A stretch of 64,000 nucleotides of DNA, taken from Gammaproteobacteria bacterium. Lineage in GTDB: Bacteria > Pseudomonadota > Gammaproteobacteria > BMS3Bbin11. The notes under the pieces were generated by a model that ran no database searches, had not been told where the DNA came from, and was given only the letters and a program-made list of their open reading frames with translations. Positions 1-10,720 of the stretch are shown one piece after another. Location: positions 27,820 through 91,819 of the forward strand of contig JAADJE010000012.1 in assembly GCA_013150915.1 (NCBI GenBank), read 5' to 3'. Both the position numbers and the translations under genes were made by a program. Position 1 is the stretch's first letter; each line of letters opens with the position of its first letter.

Positions 1-405
1 TTGCATTCACTGATTGACAGAGCCAAAGAGAAGGCAATCGAGCTTGAAGAGCTGACAGCAGAAGAGGCTGCCAATCTGGCTGAATACCTTAAACGTGACC
101 TGTCTGATGCGGCCTTTTATACGTCTGAAGAGGGAAAGGAGTTAAAGGACTGGTTGGGGTTTGAAGACAGTTTGCTTGCCGCGGAACTACTGGATATGTT
201 TCTTGAGGCGGCTGACCCGACGACTGTTGAGATGAATGAATTGAAACTGAAGCTGGCGGTGAACGCACTCTATAAAACTGGAGAGGTGACGGGTCCAGGG
301 GCGCTGGTTTGTGATGCCTGCGGGGAAATATTGCATTTTCACAAGGCCGGACGTATCCCTCCCTGCCCAAAATGCCATAAAACCGATTATCACAGGCAGT
401 CCTAG
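1..405 (+). CDS. Zinc-ribbon protein, C-terminal CxxC...CxxC; may be 5'-partial at the window edge (begins with TTG)
   Basis: ORF open from the window start. C-terminal motif CDACGEILHFHKAGRIPPCPKCHK is a typical 4-Cys zinc ribbon. No closer family assignment is possible. Confidence 0.45.
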   Translation: MHSLIDRAKEKAIELEELTAEEAANLAEYLKRDLSDAAFYTSEEGKELKDWLGFEDSLLAAELLDMFLEAADPTTVEMNELKLKLAVNALYKTGEVTGPGALVCDACGEILHFHKAGRIPPCPKCHKTDYHRQS

Positions 406-445
406 ATCGGGGGTGCAGTCTGTGAATTACAGGTTACCCGTGCCG

Positions 446-1240
446 TTATTCTCTGGGGGGTAATATTTTTACCACTATGACCGAAATATTGTCTGGCCCC
501 CCATTTTCATTGGCCAGTTCAACAAGTTTTTCTGCAGTTTTTTGCGGGTTTCCATCCTGATTGAGCACAAAGCCAATCGTATTGTTACTGACAACCTCTG
601 TCAGGCCATCTGAACAAAGGACGAATATATCACCTGCTTGAGGGCAACCAAACGTGAATGCGGGATTAATTTCGCGGTTCCCCAGCGCCTGCAGTAGCAG
701 ACCCCTTTGCGGGTGGCGTTTGGCGTCTTCCTTTTTTATGGTTCCCTGCTCAACCATGCCCTGTATCCAGCTATGGTCTTCAGATAACTGGCTGATTTTT
801 CCATCACGAAAGCGGTAACAGCGGGAGTCCCCAACGTTACCAATGACAAACCAGCTTCTACAGAAAAGCAGGCAGACAATCGTCGTCCCCATGCCACTTT
901 TTGTAACATCTTTGGCGGATTCTTCAATGATTTTCCGGTTTGATAACTGAATGGACTTTTCGAGCAGGTCTTTCATTGGTTCCGGAGTAGAAAAAGCATC
1001 GTCCATTCGGCTTTCTATATACAGGCCTGCGATTAAAAACTGGCTGGTGACATCGATAGCTATCTGACTGGCTACCTCGCCGGCGTTGTGTCCGCCCATA
1101 CCGTCGGCAACAATTGCGAGAGCATGCTGCTTGTCAACAAGAATATTATCCTCATTATTATTACGTCGTTGTCCAGTGTCAGTGATACCAGCCATTTTTA
1201 TACGTATGTGTTTGGGATGGCAGGGAAATGCCTGTTTCAT
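446..1240 (-). CDS. PP2C-family Ser/Thr protein phosphatase
   Basis: 264 aa. Contains the ADGMGGH...GEVAS metal-binding motif and the GxxGDSR and DNISVIVV motifs typical of PPM/PP2C phosphatases. Confidence 0.8.
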   Translation of the reverse strand: MKQAFPCHPKHIRIKMAGITDTGQRRNNNEDNILVDKQHALAIVADGMGGHNAGEVASQIAIDVTSQFLIAGLYIESRMDDAFSTPEPMKDLLEKSIQLSNRKIIEESAKDVTKSGMGTTIVCLLFCRSWFVIGNVGDSRCYRFRDGKISQLSEDHSWIQGMVEQGTIKKEDAKRHPQRGLLLQALGNREINPAFTFGCPQAGDIFVLCSDGLTEVVSNNTIGFVLNQDGNPQKTAEKLVELANENGGPDNISVIVVKILPPRE

Positions 1241-2379
1241 ATTTTTTTGTTGGTGTTCAAAGTAAGCTCAAGGATACGTTGGTATGTTTTTGCCAGTCGC
1301 ACAGGGTCCGCCAGCTTAACATGTTCATCTATCTGGTGAATACTGCCATTGCAGGGCCCAAGTTCCACTACTTCAGCTCCCGTTGGTGCGATAAAACGGC
1401 CATCCGATGTGCCGCCAGAAGTCGATAGCTCAGGTGAAATCTTAAGGATCTCAGCACAGGCATTGCAGACTGCATCGACCAACACACCTTTTATCGTCAA
1501 AAAAGGATTGCCTGACAGATGCCAGTCTATTGAGTAGCGTAATTTATATTTTTCAAAAACCTCAAGGACACGTTTCTTTATTTGTTTTTCATTTAATTCG
1601 GACGAGAAACGGAAATTAAATTTAATTGCCACATCACCAGGTATGATATTTTCTGCACCCGTGCCTGATGTGACATTTGAAATTTGAAAACTGGTCGCCG
1701 GGAAAAAATCATTTCCCTGATCCCATTCAATGCCCGTCAGTTCATTTAATGCAGGCAGGACACGGTGGAAAGGATTCTCTGCCAGCTGGGGGTAGGCGAC
1801 ATGGCCCTGTTTCCCATGGACGGTCATATAGCCATTCAGGGATCCACGTCGCCCGACTTTAACTGTGTCACCCAGAGTTTCAACAGATGAGGGCTCACCC
1901 ACAATACAATAATCAATCTTAATCGACTGTGTGTCCAGCCATTGCATGACTTTAACCGTTCCGTTGATAGACGGGCCTTCTTCATCTGATGTAATCAGCA
2001 GGCCAATGGTGCCGGGGTGGTCGGGATTTTCCGCGATATATTCCTCAACCGAGGTCACGAAAGCGGCTATGGATGCCTTCATGTCGGCACTGCCGCGACC
2101 GTACAGCTTGCCATCACGTTGTGTTGGCTCAAACGGGGGGCTGGACCAGTTGCTTTCCGGGCCAGCGGGGACAACATCGGTATGACCGGCAAAGACAAAC
2201 AGTGGCTTGCCCGCCCCGTGTGTCAGCCAAAGGTTATCGACATCTTCAAAACGGAGATGCTGACGGGTGAAGCCTGCAGACTCAAGCCGTTCAGCTATCA
2301 GATTCTGACAGCCCTGATCATCGGGCGTGACAGATGGACGGCTGATTAATTCGCAGCACAGCTGTAGCGTGTTATTCAC
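1237..2379 (-). CDS. dapE: Succinyl-diaminopimelate desuccinylase
   Basis: 380 aa M20 peptidase. N-terminal LISRPSVTPDD...FAGHTDVVP motif characteristic of DapE. Lies adjacent to the other dap genes. Confidence 0.9.
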   Translation of the reverse strand: MNNTLQLCCELISRPSVTPDDQGCQNLIAERLESAGFTRQHLRFEDVDNLWLTHGAGKPLFVFAGHTDVVPAGPESNWSSPPFEPTQRDGKLYGRGSADMKASIAAFVTSVEEYIAENPDHPGTIGLLITSDEEGPSINGTVKVMQWLDTQSIKIDYCIVGEPSSVETLGDTVKVGRRGSLNGYMTVHGKQGHVAYPQLAENPFHRVLPALNELTGIEWDQGNDFFPATSFQISNVTSGTGAENIIPGDVAIKFNFRFSSELNEKQIKKRVLEVFEKYKLRYSIDWHLSGNPFLTIKGVLVDAVCNACAEILKISPELSTSGGTSDGRFIAPTGAEVVELGPCNGSIHQIDEHVKLADPVRLAKTYQRILELTLNTNKKI

Positions 2380-2807
2380 GGGTTCTTCAGGGGGGCTTTA
2401 AGTAGTTCGGTGTATCGCTCAGCGGAGAAGCCGACTTCAATGACATTTTCCATCTGTAGAACAGGCCGCCTGATCAGGGTTGGATGTTTCATCATTAGCG
2501 ACATGGCACGCGCCTCATCAAGACCAGTGCGGTCCTCATCATCAAGGCCTCGCCAGGTTGTACTGCGTTTATTGATCAGTGTTGTCCAGTCGACTTTTTC
2601 CATCCACCTGCCAAGAATATGGCGTACAAAAAGGTCAGACCTGAGGTCAAGAAAAATATATTCAATACTATTTTCTTCCAGCCAGCGTTGCGCCGACCGC
2701 ACACTGTCACAGTTTTTGATTCCTGCAAGAATAATAGATGTTGCCATATGATTCTTTATTATTAGCTTTTTCGCAATACTGACATCAGGCTTCACGCAGT
2801 AACTCAT
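2376..2807 (-). CDS. yffB: ArsC/Spx-family protein (YffB-like)
   Basis: 143 aa ArsC-fold protein that overlaps dapE by 4 nt, as in the conserved yffB-dapE arrangement. Confidence 0.7.
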   Translation of the reverse strand: MSYCVKPDVSIAKKLIIKNHMATSIILAGIKNCDSVRSAQRWLEENSIEYIFLDLRSDLFVRHILGRWMEKVDWTTLINKRSTTWRGLDDEDRTGLDEARAMSLMMKHPTLIRRPVLQMENVIEVGFSAERYTELLKAPLKNP

Positions 2808-3606
2808 TAATACCTACTTTACTGCGGGTTTTCTCATCCACCTGTTTGACGATAATAGCGCAATTCAGGTTATAACTGCCATCTTTTGACGGTAATGAAC
2901 CGGGGACAACGACAGAGTACGCCGGTACACGACCATAGGTGTGTTCACCGGTTTCCCTGTTATAGATTTTGGTGCTCTGGCTAATGAAGACACCCATGGC
3001 AAGAACCGCACCTTCTTCTACGATTACACCTTCGACGACTTCGGAGCGGGCACCGATGAAGCAATTGTCCTCAATAATGGTGGGTGCAGCCTGCAGCGGT
3101 TCCAGTACACCGCCAATACCTACCCCTCCGCTGAGGTGGACATTTTTGCCAATTTGCGCACAGGAACCTACCGTTGACCAGGTATCTACCATGGTTCCCT
3201 CATCGACATAGGCGCCGATATTGACATAGCTTGGCATCAGCACGACATTTGGGGCGATGTAGGCGCCACGGCGCGCGGTTGCTGGTGGCACAACGCGGAA
3301 GCCACCCTGTCGGAAATCGCGTGAATTATAGTCGCTGAATTTTGATGGAATTTTGTCGAAATAGTTTGTGAAGCCACCTTTGATAAAATTATTGTCTTCG
3401 ATACGGAAATACAGCAAAACAGCCTTTTTCAACCAGTCATTTACGATCCAGTTGCCATCTATTTTCTCGGCGACCCGGGCTTCACCGGTGCCCAGTATCT
3501 CTATGGCAGCATAGACGGCATCTTTGACATGGCTGGCCGCGGTACGTGGGGTAATTTTGGCACAGTGTTTAAAGGCCTCTTCAATCTGATTTTTCAGGTC
3601 TTGCAT
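2785..3606 (-). CDS. dapD: 2,3,4,5-tetrahydropyridine-2,6-dicarboxylate N-succinyltransferase
   Basis: 273 aa with a hexapeptide-repeat C-terminal region. Conserved DapD length and order (glnD-dapD). Confidence 0.9.
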   Translation of the reverse strand: MQDLKNQIEEAFKHCAKITPRTAASHVKDAVYAAIEILGTGEARVAEKIDGNWIVNDWLKKAVLLYFRIEDNNFIKGGFTNYFDKIPSKFSDYNSRDFRQGGFRVVPPATARRGAYIAPNVVLMPSYVNIGAYVDEGTMVDTWSTVGSCAQIGKNVHLSGGVGIGGVLEPLQAAPTIIEDNCFIGARSEVVEGVIVEEGAVLAMGVFISQSTKIYNRETGEHTYGRVPAYSVVVPGSLPSKDGSYNLNCAIIVKQVDEKTRSKVGINELLREA

Positions 3607-3645
3607 GGGATTTCCTCGGGAAATAAATTCTGTTTCAAGTTGGTG

Positions 3646-4851
3646 CTATATTTTCTTTGTCACAAATTCACGAATTCGTTCAGCTGCTTCCAGACATTCC
3701 TGCTGTTCGGCTACCAGAGCGATGCGTATCCTGTTTTTCCCAGGGTTGCCGTTAAGGGTATCGCGTGCCAGGTAGGTGCCCGGCAGGGTGACCACATTTT
3801 CGTTCAGAAATAACCGGCGGCTGAACTCTTCCTCGTTGATCGGCGTTTCCGGCCATAGATAAAAACCGGCAGCAGGCTGATTCAATTTTATAAAGGACCC
3901 CAGTATATCAATAACAGCGTTGAATTTATCACGATAGACGGCACGATTCAGAACTACGTGTTCGTCATCATCCCATGCTGCAACTGAAATAGCCTGGGTC
4001 AGCCGATTTGGGACGCAACCGTGATAGGTGCGGTATTTAAAATAGGGATCAATAATTTTGGGGTCTCCGGCGACAAAGCCTGAGCGCAGGCCAGGTAAAT
4101 TAGACCGTTTGGACAGACTGTGAAAAACAATACAACGCTCAAAGTTGTTGCGTCCCTGTTCTGCTGCGACCTGTAGTAGACCGACTGGGGGTGTGTTTTC
4201 GTCCCTGTAGAGTTCGCTATAACATTCGTCCGCTGCAACGATAAAGTCGTAGCGGTCAGCAAGTGACAACGCTTTGATATAGATTTCTGCCGGAATAACT
4301 GAGCCCACCGGGTTATCGGGCGAGCAGAGGATCAGCAGCTGGGTTTCTTGCCAGATATGCTCCGGTACGTTATCCAGTTGTGGTTGCCAGTCATTTTCTT
4401 CAATGCTGTTTAGGAAATAAGGTGTGGCCCCTGCCATGATAGCGGCCCCTTCATAGATCTGATAAAAGGGGTTGGGTATGACGACATTTGCCGGGCCGTG
4501 AGCGCGGTGATCAACGGTGGCCTGGATGAAGGAAAAAATGGCTTCTCGACTGCCGCTAACCGGCAGCACATGCTGAGCCGGATCGAGCTTTTCTTCGGCA
4601 ATATGAAATCTGCGACTGAGCCAACGACAGATCGATTCCCTCAGATTTTCCTCGCCACGGGTAGCCGGATAGCCGGAAAGGAGATCGCCACCTTTTGCCA
4701 GTAAGCTATGGATAAAAAGAGGGGGGGGATGTTTTGGTTCGCCCAGTGACAACGTGATCCGCTTATTTACGGCTGCCGGTTCAATGCCTGCCAGCAAACG
4801 ATCGAGCTTTTGAAAGGGGTATTCCTTCAGCTTATCCAGTCGTGAATTCAT
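3646..4851 (-). CDS. dapC: Succinyldiaminopimelate transaminase (class I PLP aminotransferase)
   Basis: 401 aa. Carries the SLSKRSNLPGLRSGF PLP-lysine motif of DapC-type aminotransferases. Sits between glnD and dapD as in Pseudomonas. Confidence 0.8.
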   Translation of the reverse strand: MNSRLDKLKEYPFQKLDRLLAGIEPAAVNKRITLSLGEPKHPPPLFIHSLLAKGGDLLSGYPATRGEENLRESICRWLSRRFHIAEEKLDPAQHVLPVSGSREAIFSFIQATVDHRAHGPANVVIPNPFYQIYEGAAIMAGATPYFLNSIEENDWQPQLDNVPEHIWQETQLLILCSPDNPVGSVIPAEIYIKALSLADRYDFIVAADECYSELYRDENTPPVGLLQVAAEQGRNNFERCIVFHSLSKRSNLPGLRSGFVAGDPKIIDPYFKYRTYHGCVPNRLTQAISVAAWDDDEHVVLNRAVYRDKFNAVIDILGSFIKLNQPAAGFYLWPETPINEEEFSRRLFLNENVVTLPGTYLARDTLNGNPGKNRIRIALVAEQQECLEAAERIREFVTKKI

Positions 4852-4897
4852 GGGGTCAGTATCGGGTTATTGGTCGCTATATAAAGTGATCAGGGGT

Positions 4898-7588
4898 CTA
4901 GGCGTCCTGGTTGGAATCCAGTCTATCGATTATATTTTGTCTGATACTGTCCTGCTGTTGGCTGTCAGTAATGGGTTTATTGCCGAGATCGCTAACAAAA
5001 AAGATATCCTCGATCCGTGCACCGTAAGTGGCTACTTTGGCATTATGCAGCTTGATATCACATTTTTCGAAAACTTCTGCAATCTGGTATAAAAGACCCG
5101 GTCTGTCCTGGGCGATGACCTCTAAAACGGTATACTGGCCTTGTCGTATTTCCAGGAAATTTACCTGTGTCGGAATCGGGAACTGCTTCAGCGCTCTGGA
5201 CAGCGTTGCTTTCAGTGGGTCACGACCTTTGCGAGGCATCAGTAACTGGTCTTTTAGTGCCTCCTCTATCTCTTTCTGCTCAATATCGGTGCAGACGGCA
5301 TTGTCATTTTGATCCAGTACGAGATAGTTGTGCAGGGCAAAGCCCATCTGTGTCGTATGCAAGCGTGCGTCAACGATATTCAGGTTCAGGCGATCAAAGC
5401 CCCCCGTGGTTCTTACCAGTAGATTTGCCAGATCCGGGGTAAATACCAGTACCTCGGTACAACCTGAATTTTTTGCATAACGAACGGCCACAACCGGCAA
5501 CTCAAGAACGCTGACATTGGCGAGTGTTTTTATGTGCCATTTTAGGGTATCGACTTCATAACGCAGAAAATAATCGCTATCGAATAAAGACCAGTAGCGC
5601 TGAAAGTTTTCGTCTGAAACGTGTGCTGGCACAAGGCTGCTGGAAAGTGCCTGCTGCAGGTTGACTAGGCGCTCTTCGTTGCGATCACTCTCAATGTCTG
5701 TGCGCCTCAAATATCTCGATGTTGCATGATAAAGTTGAAGTAATAGCTTGTTTTTCCAATCATTCCATACTTTCGGGCTGGTGCCCCGCATATCTGCCAT
5801 GGTCAGTAGGTAGAGATTATCCAGATGCTCCTGGTCGCCAACAGTACGCGAAAATTCAGCAATAACTTCCGGATCCGAAATATCCATTTTCTGTGCCGTC
5901 CAGGACATGATCAGATGCCTGTACACCAACCAGGCAACAAGCTTTGTATCGTATTCGCTGAGATCGTGTAGACGGCAGAACTGGATACTTATCCTTTCGC
6001 CTTTTTCCGAATGGTTACCTCCCCGTCCTTTAGCGATGTCGTGCAGCAGGGCTGCGAGATACAGGCGTTCGGGTTTGAACAGTCTGGCCAGTAATTTGCT
6101 GGCCAGTGGATGTTCATCGCGAAATTGATCGACACTCAGTCTGCGCAGGTTTCGTATAACAAAAAGGGTATGAACATCAATCGTGTAGATATGAAATAGA
6201 TCATGCTGCATCAGGCCTACGATACGACCAAAGGCCGGGAAATAGGCACCCAGTACGCCGTAGTCATTCATTTTTCGCATGATGTGCGTGAGGCCTGCGC
6301 CATTACGAAAGAATGTGATAAACAGGCTGCGGCAGGCTATGTCTCGTCGGAACTCAGGGGTGATCAGATTTAATGAGTTATGAATCAGACGAATGGTGTT
6401 TGCTCTAATGCCTTTCAGCTCAGGAAAATCTTGAAGGATGTAAAAGACCTCCAGTAGAGCAAAAGGCTGACGGTTAAAAACATCATTATCGACAACGTCC
6501 ACATAGCCATTGATTGCATTGAATCGGCGATTGATTTCTACTGAGGTATTATCCTTCTGCGCAAGGAAAACCTCTTCAAAATGCTGCAACAGGATGTCAT
6601 TCAATAAGCCAAGCTCTTTTACCGTTCGGTAATAGCGTTTCATCAGCTGTTCGACTGCCAGATTACCGTGTTTGTCTGAGTAGCCGAATTCAGTTGCCAG
6701 TTCGCGCTGGTACTCAAACAGTAGTCGATCTTCCCGATGTCCGGCTAGAAAGTGCAGGCCATTGCGTATGCGCCAGAGGAAATTGCGACATCGAATCAGT
6801 GTTTGATACTCGTTCCTGGTCAGGAATTCATGTTGCACCAACTCTTCCAGGGATGTCGCATTGAAGTAGCGCATCGTGGCCCAGGCAATCATATGTAAAT
6901 CTCGCAGACCACCCGGGCTTTCTTTGATATTTGGCTCAAGTTTGTATGCGGTTTCACCGAAACGGATGTGGCGCACCCGCTGTTCCTGCAGCTTGGCGTG
7001 AAAATATTGATCAGCAGGCCAAATTTGATCGGGTCCTATGGCGGCCTGCATTTGCTGTAGCAAGGCCATGGAGCCGAATAACAGGCGCGCTTCCATCAGA
7101 TTGGTGACGACTGTCAGATCGACGGCAGCTTCTTTGCATTCAGCGACCGTGCGTACACTGTGGCCGATATCCAGGCCGATATCCCATAAAATATACAAAA
7201 ACCGTTTGCTTGATTCGGTAAAGGTATTATCAATATTGTTGCTGGCTTTCTCATCCAGGAGAATCATCAGGTCGATATCCGAGGAGGGGTGCAATTCGTT
7301 TCGGCCATACCCTCCGACCGCAATCAGGCTACCGCAGTTGGCATTTGGTTCAGGGGTATGCACAAAATTCCAGATATTGACCAGCAACTGGTCGATGAAC
7401 CAGGTCCAGAGGCTGATGATATTGGTGCTGGAGGCGCCATCAGACTGAGCGTGGTGAAGAATCTCCCGGGTCTCCTGTAGGATACGTTTTATTGTTTTAT
7501 GCGGTTGCGGGTTTTCTCTGAGAATAGCAACAATTTTTGCGGCAGCAGGGAAGTCCCTGCGCGACAGACTTGCCCGCTTTTTCTTCAT
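4898..7588 (-). CDS. glnD: [Protein-PII] uridylyltransferase / uridylyl-removing enzyme
   Basis: 896 aa. Has the nucleotidyltransferase GGYGRNELHPSSDIDL motif, an HD domain (HDIAKGRGGNHSEKGE) and two C-terminal ACT-like regions. Confidence 0.92.
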   Translation of the reverse strand: MKKKRASLSRRDFPAAAKIVAILRENPQPHKTIKRILQETREILHHAQSDGASSTNIISLWTWFIDQLLVNIWNFVHTPEPNANCGSLIAVGGYGRNELHPSSDIDLMILLDEKASNNIDNTFTESSKRFLYILWDIGLDIGHSVRTVAECKEAAVDLTVVTNLMEARLLFGSMALLQQMQAAIGPDQIWPADQYFHAKLQEQRVRHIRFGETAYKLEPNIKESPGGLRDLHMIAWATMRYFNATSLEELVQHEFLTRNEYQTLIRCRNFLWRIRNGLHFLAGHREDRLLFEYQRELATEFGYSDKHGNLAVEQLMKRYYRTVKELGLLNDILLQHFEEVFLAQKDNTSVEINRRFNAINGYVDVVDNDVFNRQPFALLEVFYILQDFPELKGIRANTIRLIHNSLNLITPEFRRDIACRSLFITFFRNGAGLTHIMRKMNDYGVLGAYFPAFGRIVGLMQHDLFHIYTIDVHTLFVIRNLRRLSVDQFRDEHPLASKLLARLFKPERLYLAALLHDIAKGRGGNHSEKGERISIQFCRLHDLSEYDTKLVAWLVYRHLIMSWTAQKMDISDPEVIAEFSRTVGDQEHLDNLYLLTMADMRGTSPKVWNDWKNKLLLQLYHATSRYLRRTDIESDRNEERLVNLQQALSSSLVPAHVSDENFQRYWSLFDSDYFLRYEVDTLKWHIKTLANVSVLELPVVAVRYAKNSGCTEVLVFTPDLANLLVRTTGGFDRLNLNIVDARLHTTQMGFALHNYLVLDQNDNAVCTDIEQKEIEEALKDQLLMPRKGRDPLKATLSRALKQFPIPTQVNFLEIRQGQYTVLEVIAQDRPGLLYQIAEVFEKCDIKLHNAKVATYGARIEDIFFVSDLGNKPITDSQQQDSIRQNIIDRLDSNQDA

Positions 7589-7592
7589 AGCG

Positions 7593-8378
7593 TTATACCG
7601 AGACCTCTTCGCCTTCCCGCAGGGTCAGTATTTCGTGCCCCTCTGCGGTAACCAGGATTGTATGCTCCCATTGCGCAGACAGTTTGTGGTCACGGGTAAC
7701 TACCGACCAGCCGTCGGACAGCAGTTTTACATCTTTTTTCCCGGCATTGATCATTGGCTCGATGGTAAAAGTCATGCCTTCCTGTAATGTGATGCCTGAT
7801 CCCGCCTCACCATAATGGAGGATCTGTGGTTCTTCGTGGAATTCTCGTCCTATGCCATGGCCACAGTATTCACGGACAACAGAAAAACGATTTTTTTCGG
7901 CATGGTTCTGGATAGCATGGCCGATATCACCAAGTCGTGCGCCGGGCTTAACCAGGACGATGCCTTTTAGCATGCACTCTCGACTATTTTGTATCAGGCG
8001 TTGCGCGATTGTAGAGGGCTTGCCAACCGTAAACATCTGGCTGGTATCGCCGTGAAAACCATCCTTGATAACGGTAATGTCGATATTAATAATATCGCCT
8101 TTTTTTAGCGTCCGATCACCGGGTATACCATGACAGACCTGGTGGTTAAGCGAGGTGCAGATGGATTTTGGAAACCCGTGATAGTTCAGCGGAGCAGGAA
8201 TGGCACCCTGTTCCTCCACGATATATTTATGGCAGATTGTATCCAGCTCACCTGTACTAATCCCTACCTGGATAAAAGGTTCTATCATTTCCAGAACCTG
8301 TGCTGCAAGCCGGCCAGCTACCCGCATTTTTTCTGTTTCATCCGCTGTCTTGATAGAAATACTCATTGAAAAATCCAC
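7593..8378 (-). CDS. map: Methionine aminopeptidase type I
   Basis: 261 aa. Conserved MetAP-I metal ligands. Position upstream of glnD and divergent from rpsB. Confidence 0.92.
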   Translation of the reverse strand: MDFSMSISIKTADETEKMRVAGRLAAQVLEMIEPFIQVGISTGELDTICHKYIVEEQGAIPAPLNYHGFPKSICTSLNHQVCHGIPGDRTLKKGDIINIDITVIKDGFHGDTSQMFTVGKPSTIAQRLIQNSRECMLKGIVLVKPGARLGDIGHAIQNHAEKNRFSVVREYCGHGIGREFHEEPQILHYGEAGSGITLQEGMTFTIEPMINAGKKDVKLLSDGWSVVTRDHKLSAQWEHTILVTAEGHEILTLREGEEVSV

Positions 8379-8437
8379 AATATTCTTTTACAGCGGGGCA
8401 TTATAACCGGACTCAGGATAAAATAATGATATCGTTG

Positions 8438-8505
8438 CACTGCTGTCCCGTTAACCTGATCTTATTTTTCTGTCGTTGTTGTAGTGCTTGGGATGCAGGG
8501 AACCC
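8438..8505. repeat. Partial copy (one terminal inverted repeat plus ~50 bp) of MITE-like element family B; the complete copy is at 54655-54844
   Basis: GCACTGCTGTCCCGTTAACCTGATCTTATTTTCTGTCGTTGTTGTAGTGCTTGGGATGCAGGGAACCC is nearly identical to the reverse complement of 54771-54840. Confidence 0.8.
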
Positions 8506-8741
8506 ATTTATACCTGGAACTTTAGACTTGGAACTTGGAACTATGCCCCTTTTGTGCTATAACCGCGCCTCTTTTCAGGGGTTCTGAATTACGGACGGCC
8601 TGATTTCGAAATACGCTGTCATTTGATGACTTAACTAAAATGATCGTGGGAACACTAGCAGGGCCCGGGTGTTTGAGAGACTGTTTGTCTGTCAAACTGG
8701 CATTGCAACCCATGTGAATGTAACCCGAACGGAGATAGAAG

Positions 8742-9722
8742 ATGTCTAAGATTTCGCTTCGCGATATGCTGGAAGCTGGTGTTCATTTCGGCCACCGTAC
8801 ACGTTTCTGGTACCCCAAAATGCGCCCTTATATCTTTGGTGAGCGTAACCAGATCCATATCATTAATCTGGAAAAAACCCTGCCCCTGTTTGAGGAAGCC
8901 TGTAATTTTCTTGGCAAGATTGCGGCTAACGGTGGTAACGTCCTGTTCGTTGGCACCAAGCGCCAGGCAAGTAAAGTTATTCGTGAAGCAGCGATACGTT
9001 CTGCTTCACCCTATGTGGATCACCGCTGGTTGGGCGGTATGCTGACCAATTTCAAGACCGTACGTAATTCAATCAAACGCCTGAAGGAGCTGGATGAACT
9101 GTTTGAAAGTGGCCAGGCAGATAAGCTGATCAAAAAAGAACGGTTACGTGTCGAGCGTGAACGCACCAAGCTGGAGCGTTCCCTGTCCGGTATTAAAAAT
9201 ATGAATGGTCTGCCAGATGCACTCTTCATCATCGATGTGAAATATGAGTATATCGCCATAGCAGAAGCTAAAAAGCTTGGCATTCCTGTGGTTGCCGTGG
9301 TTGACACCAACTGTAAGCCAGAAGGTATCGATTACATTATTCCTGGCAATGATGATGCGATTCGCTCTATTCGTCTCTATGCTGATACGATTGCCGATGC
9401 CATTATTGAAGGACGCCATTCTGTTGCAACTGCCCCAGTGGTTGCAGCCTCTGATGACTATGTCGAAATGGATGATGCTAAGGCTGAGGCACTGATAGAG
9501 AAAGCGAAACCCTCCAGCAGTACGGTTAGCGAAGCAAAGAAAGCAGATGTGAGCAAAGCTGATTCTGAAGAAGTCACTGCGGATGCAGTGCCTGTTTCGG
9601 AGGAAGCAGCGGCAGTTAAAAAAGCGGTCAAGAAAAAGGTTGTGAAAAAGAAAGCGGTGAAGAAAAAGCCTGTAAAAAAGAAGGCTGTCAAAAAGGTGGC
9701 AGCGAGTAAGGACGACGCGTAA
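8742..9722 (+). CDS. rpsB: 30S ribosomal protein S2 with a lysine-rich C-terminal extension
   Basis: The N-terminal ~240 aa are canonical S2. Followed by tsf. The last ~85 aa are Ala/Val/Lys repeats ([23 protein letters not shown]). Confidence 0.92.
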   Translation: MSKISLRDMLEAGVHFGHRTRFWYPKMRPYIFGERNQIHIINLEKTLPLFEEACNFLGKIAANGGNVLFVGTKRQASKVIREAAIRSASPYVDHRWLGGMLTNFKTVRNSIKRLKELDELFESGQADKLIKKERLRVERERTKLERSLSGIKNMNGLPDALFIIDVKYEYIAIAEAKKLGIPVVAVVDTNCKPEGIDYIIPGNDDAIRSIRLYADTIADAIIEGRHSVATAPVVAASDDYVEMDDAKAEALIEKAKPSSSTVSEAKKADVSKADSEEVTADAVPVSEEAAAVKKAVKKKVVKKKAVKKKPVKKKAVKKVAASKDDA

Positions 9723-9829
9723 GAAAATATCTGTTGTACGGCTTTATCCTATTGTGATGATGTCGGGGTTGAATAGCCGAGATATTTCACTTTTATTTTA
9801 TGGATTTAATCTTATAGAGGGTTCTCAAG

Positions 9830-10714
9830 ATGGCTGTTACTGCATCCATGGTAAAGGAATTACGCGAGCGCACCAGCGCGGGCATGATGGAATGTAAAAA
9901 AGCACTGACTGAAACAGACGGTGACATGGACGCTGCTGTGCAATTGTTGCGTACCAGCGGGGCGGCAAAGGCTGACAAGAAGGCCGGTCGTATCGCAGCA
10001 GAGGGTGTGATAAGTATTTATGTCAGTGATGATAGTAAGTTAGGTGTTATTGTTGAGGTAAATTCTGAAACAGATTTCGTTGCCAAAGGCGATGATTTTC
10101 AGGGTTTCGCCGCTGATATTGCGGCACTCGTGGCAGACGGCAACCCTGCTGATATTGATGCATTGAATGCAACAGAGCTACCATCCGGTGAGACGGTTGA
10201 TAGTGCCCGTCGTACGCTGATTGCAAAGTTGGGTGAGAATATCACCGTACGCCGCTTTGAGAGGATCGTGGCGGAAGGTGATGCCGTGATCAGCAGTTAT
10301 CAGCATGGCTTGAAAATAGGCGTACTGGTGAGAAATACCGGTGGTAATGATAGCCTGGGCAAGGATATTGCCATGCATATTGCTGCAATGAAGCCACTGT
10401 GCATCAATCCTGACGATGTCCCCGCTGATGCGGTACAGAAAGAGAAAGAAGTTTTCACCGCCCAGGCGGCTGAAAGTGGCAAGTCACCAGAGATTATAGA
10501 AAAAATGATTACCGGTCGTATCAATAAGTTCCTCAATGAGGTGGCTTTGGAAGGTCAGCCATTTGTTAAAGATACAGGGATTACCGTGGGAAAGTTGTTG
10601 AAATCAGAAAATGCGTCAGTCAGCCACTTTTCACGCGTTGAAGTGGGTGAAGGGATTGAGAAAAAAGTCGAGGATTTTGCCGCAGAAGTCGCTGCACAGG
10701 TAAAAGGAGCCTAA
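9830..10714 (+). CDS. tsf: Elongation factor Ts
   Basis: 294 aa. N-terminal UBA-like motif (VKELRERTSAGMMECKKAL). Conserved rpsB-tsf pair. Confidence 0.93.
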   Translation: MAVTASMVKELRERTSAGMMECKKALTETDGDMDAAVQLLRTSGAAKADKKAGRIAAEGVISIYVSDDSKLGVIVEVNSETDFVAKGDDFQGFAADIAALVADGNPADIDALNATELPSGETVDSARRTLIAKLGENITVRRFERIVAEGDAVISSYQHGLKIGVLVRNTGGNDSLGKDIAMHIAAMKPLCINPDDVPADAVQKEKEVFTAQAAESGKSPEIIEKMITGRINKFLNEVALEGQPFVKDTGITVGKLLKSENASVSHFSRVEVGEGIEKKVEDFAAEVAAQVKGA

Positions 10715-10720
10715 GTAGCG

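Noticed and set aside
8366-8587. 73-aa ORF in the map-rpsB intergenic region
   Set aside because: It overlaps the MITE family B fragment and the divergent promoter region. It shows no coding signal.
9458-9691. Minus-strand ORF encoding a Phe-rich peptide ([13 protein letters not shown])
   Set aside because: It is the antisense image of the Lys-codon (AAA/AAG) repeats in the rpsB C-terminal tail, not a gene.
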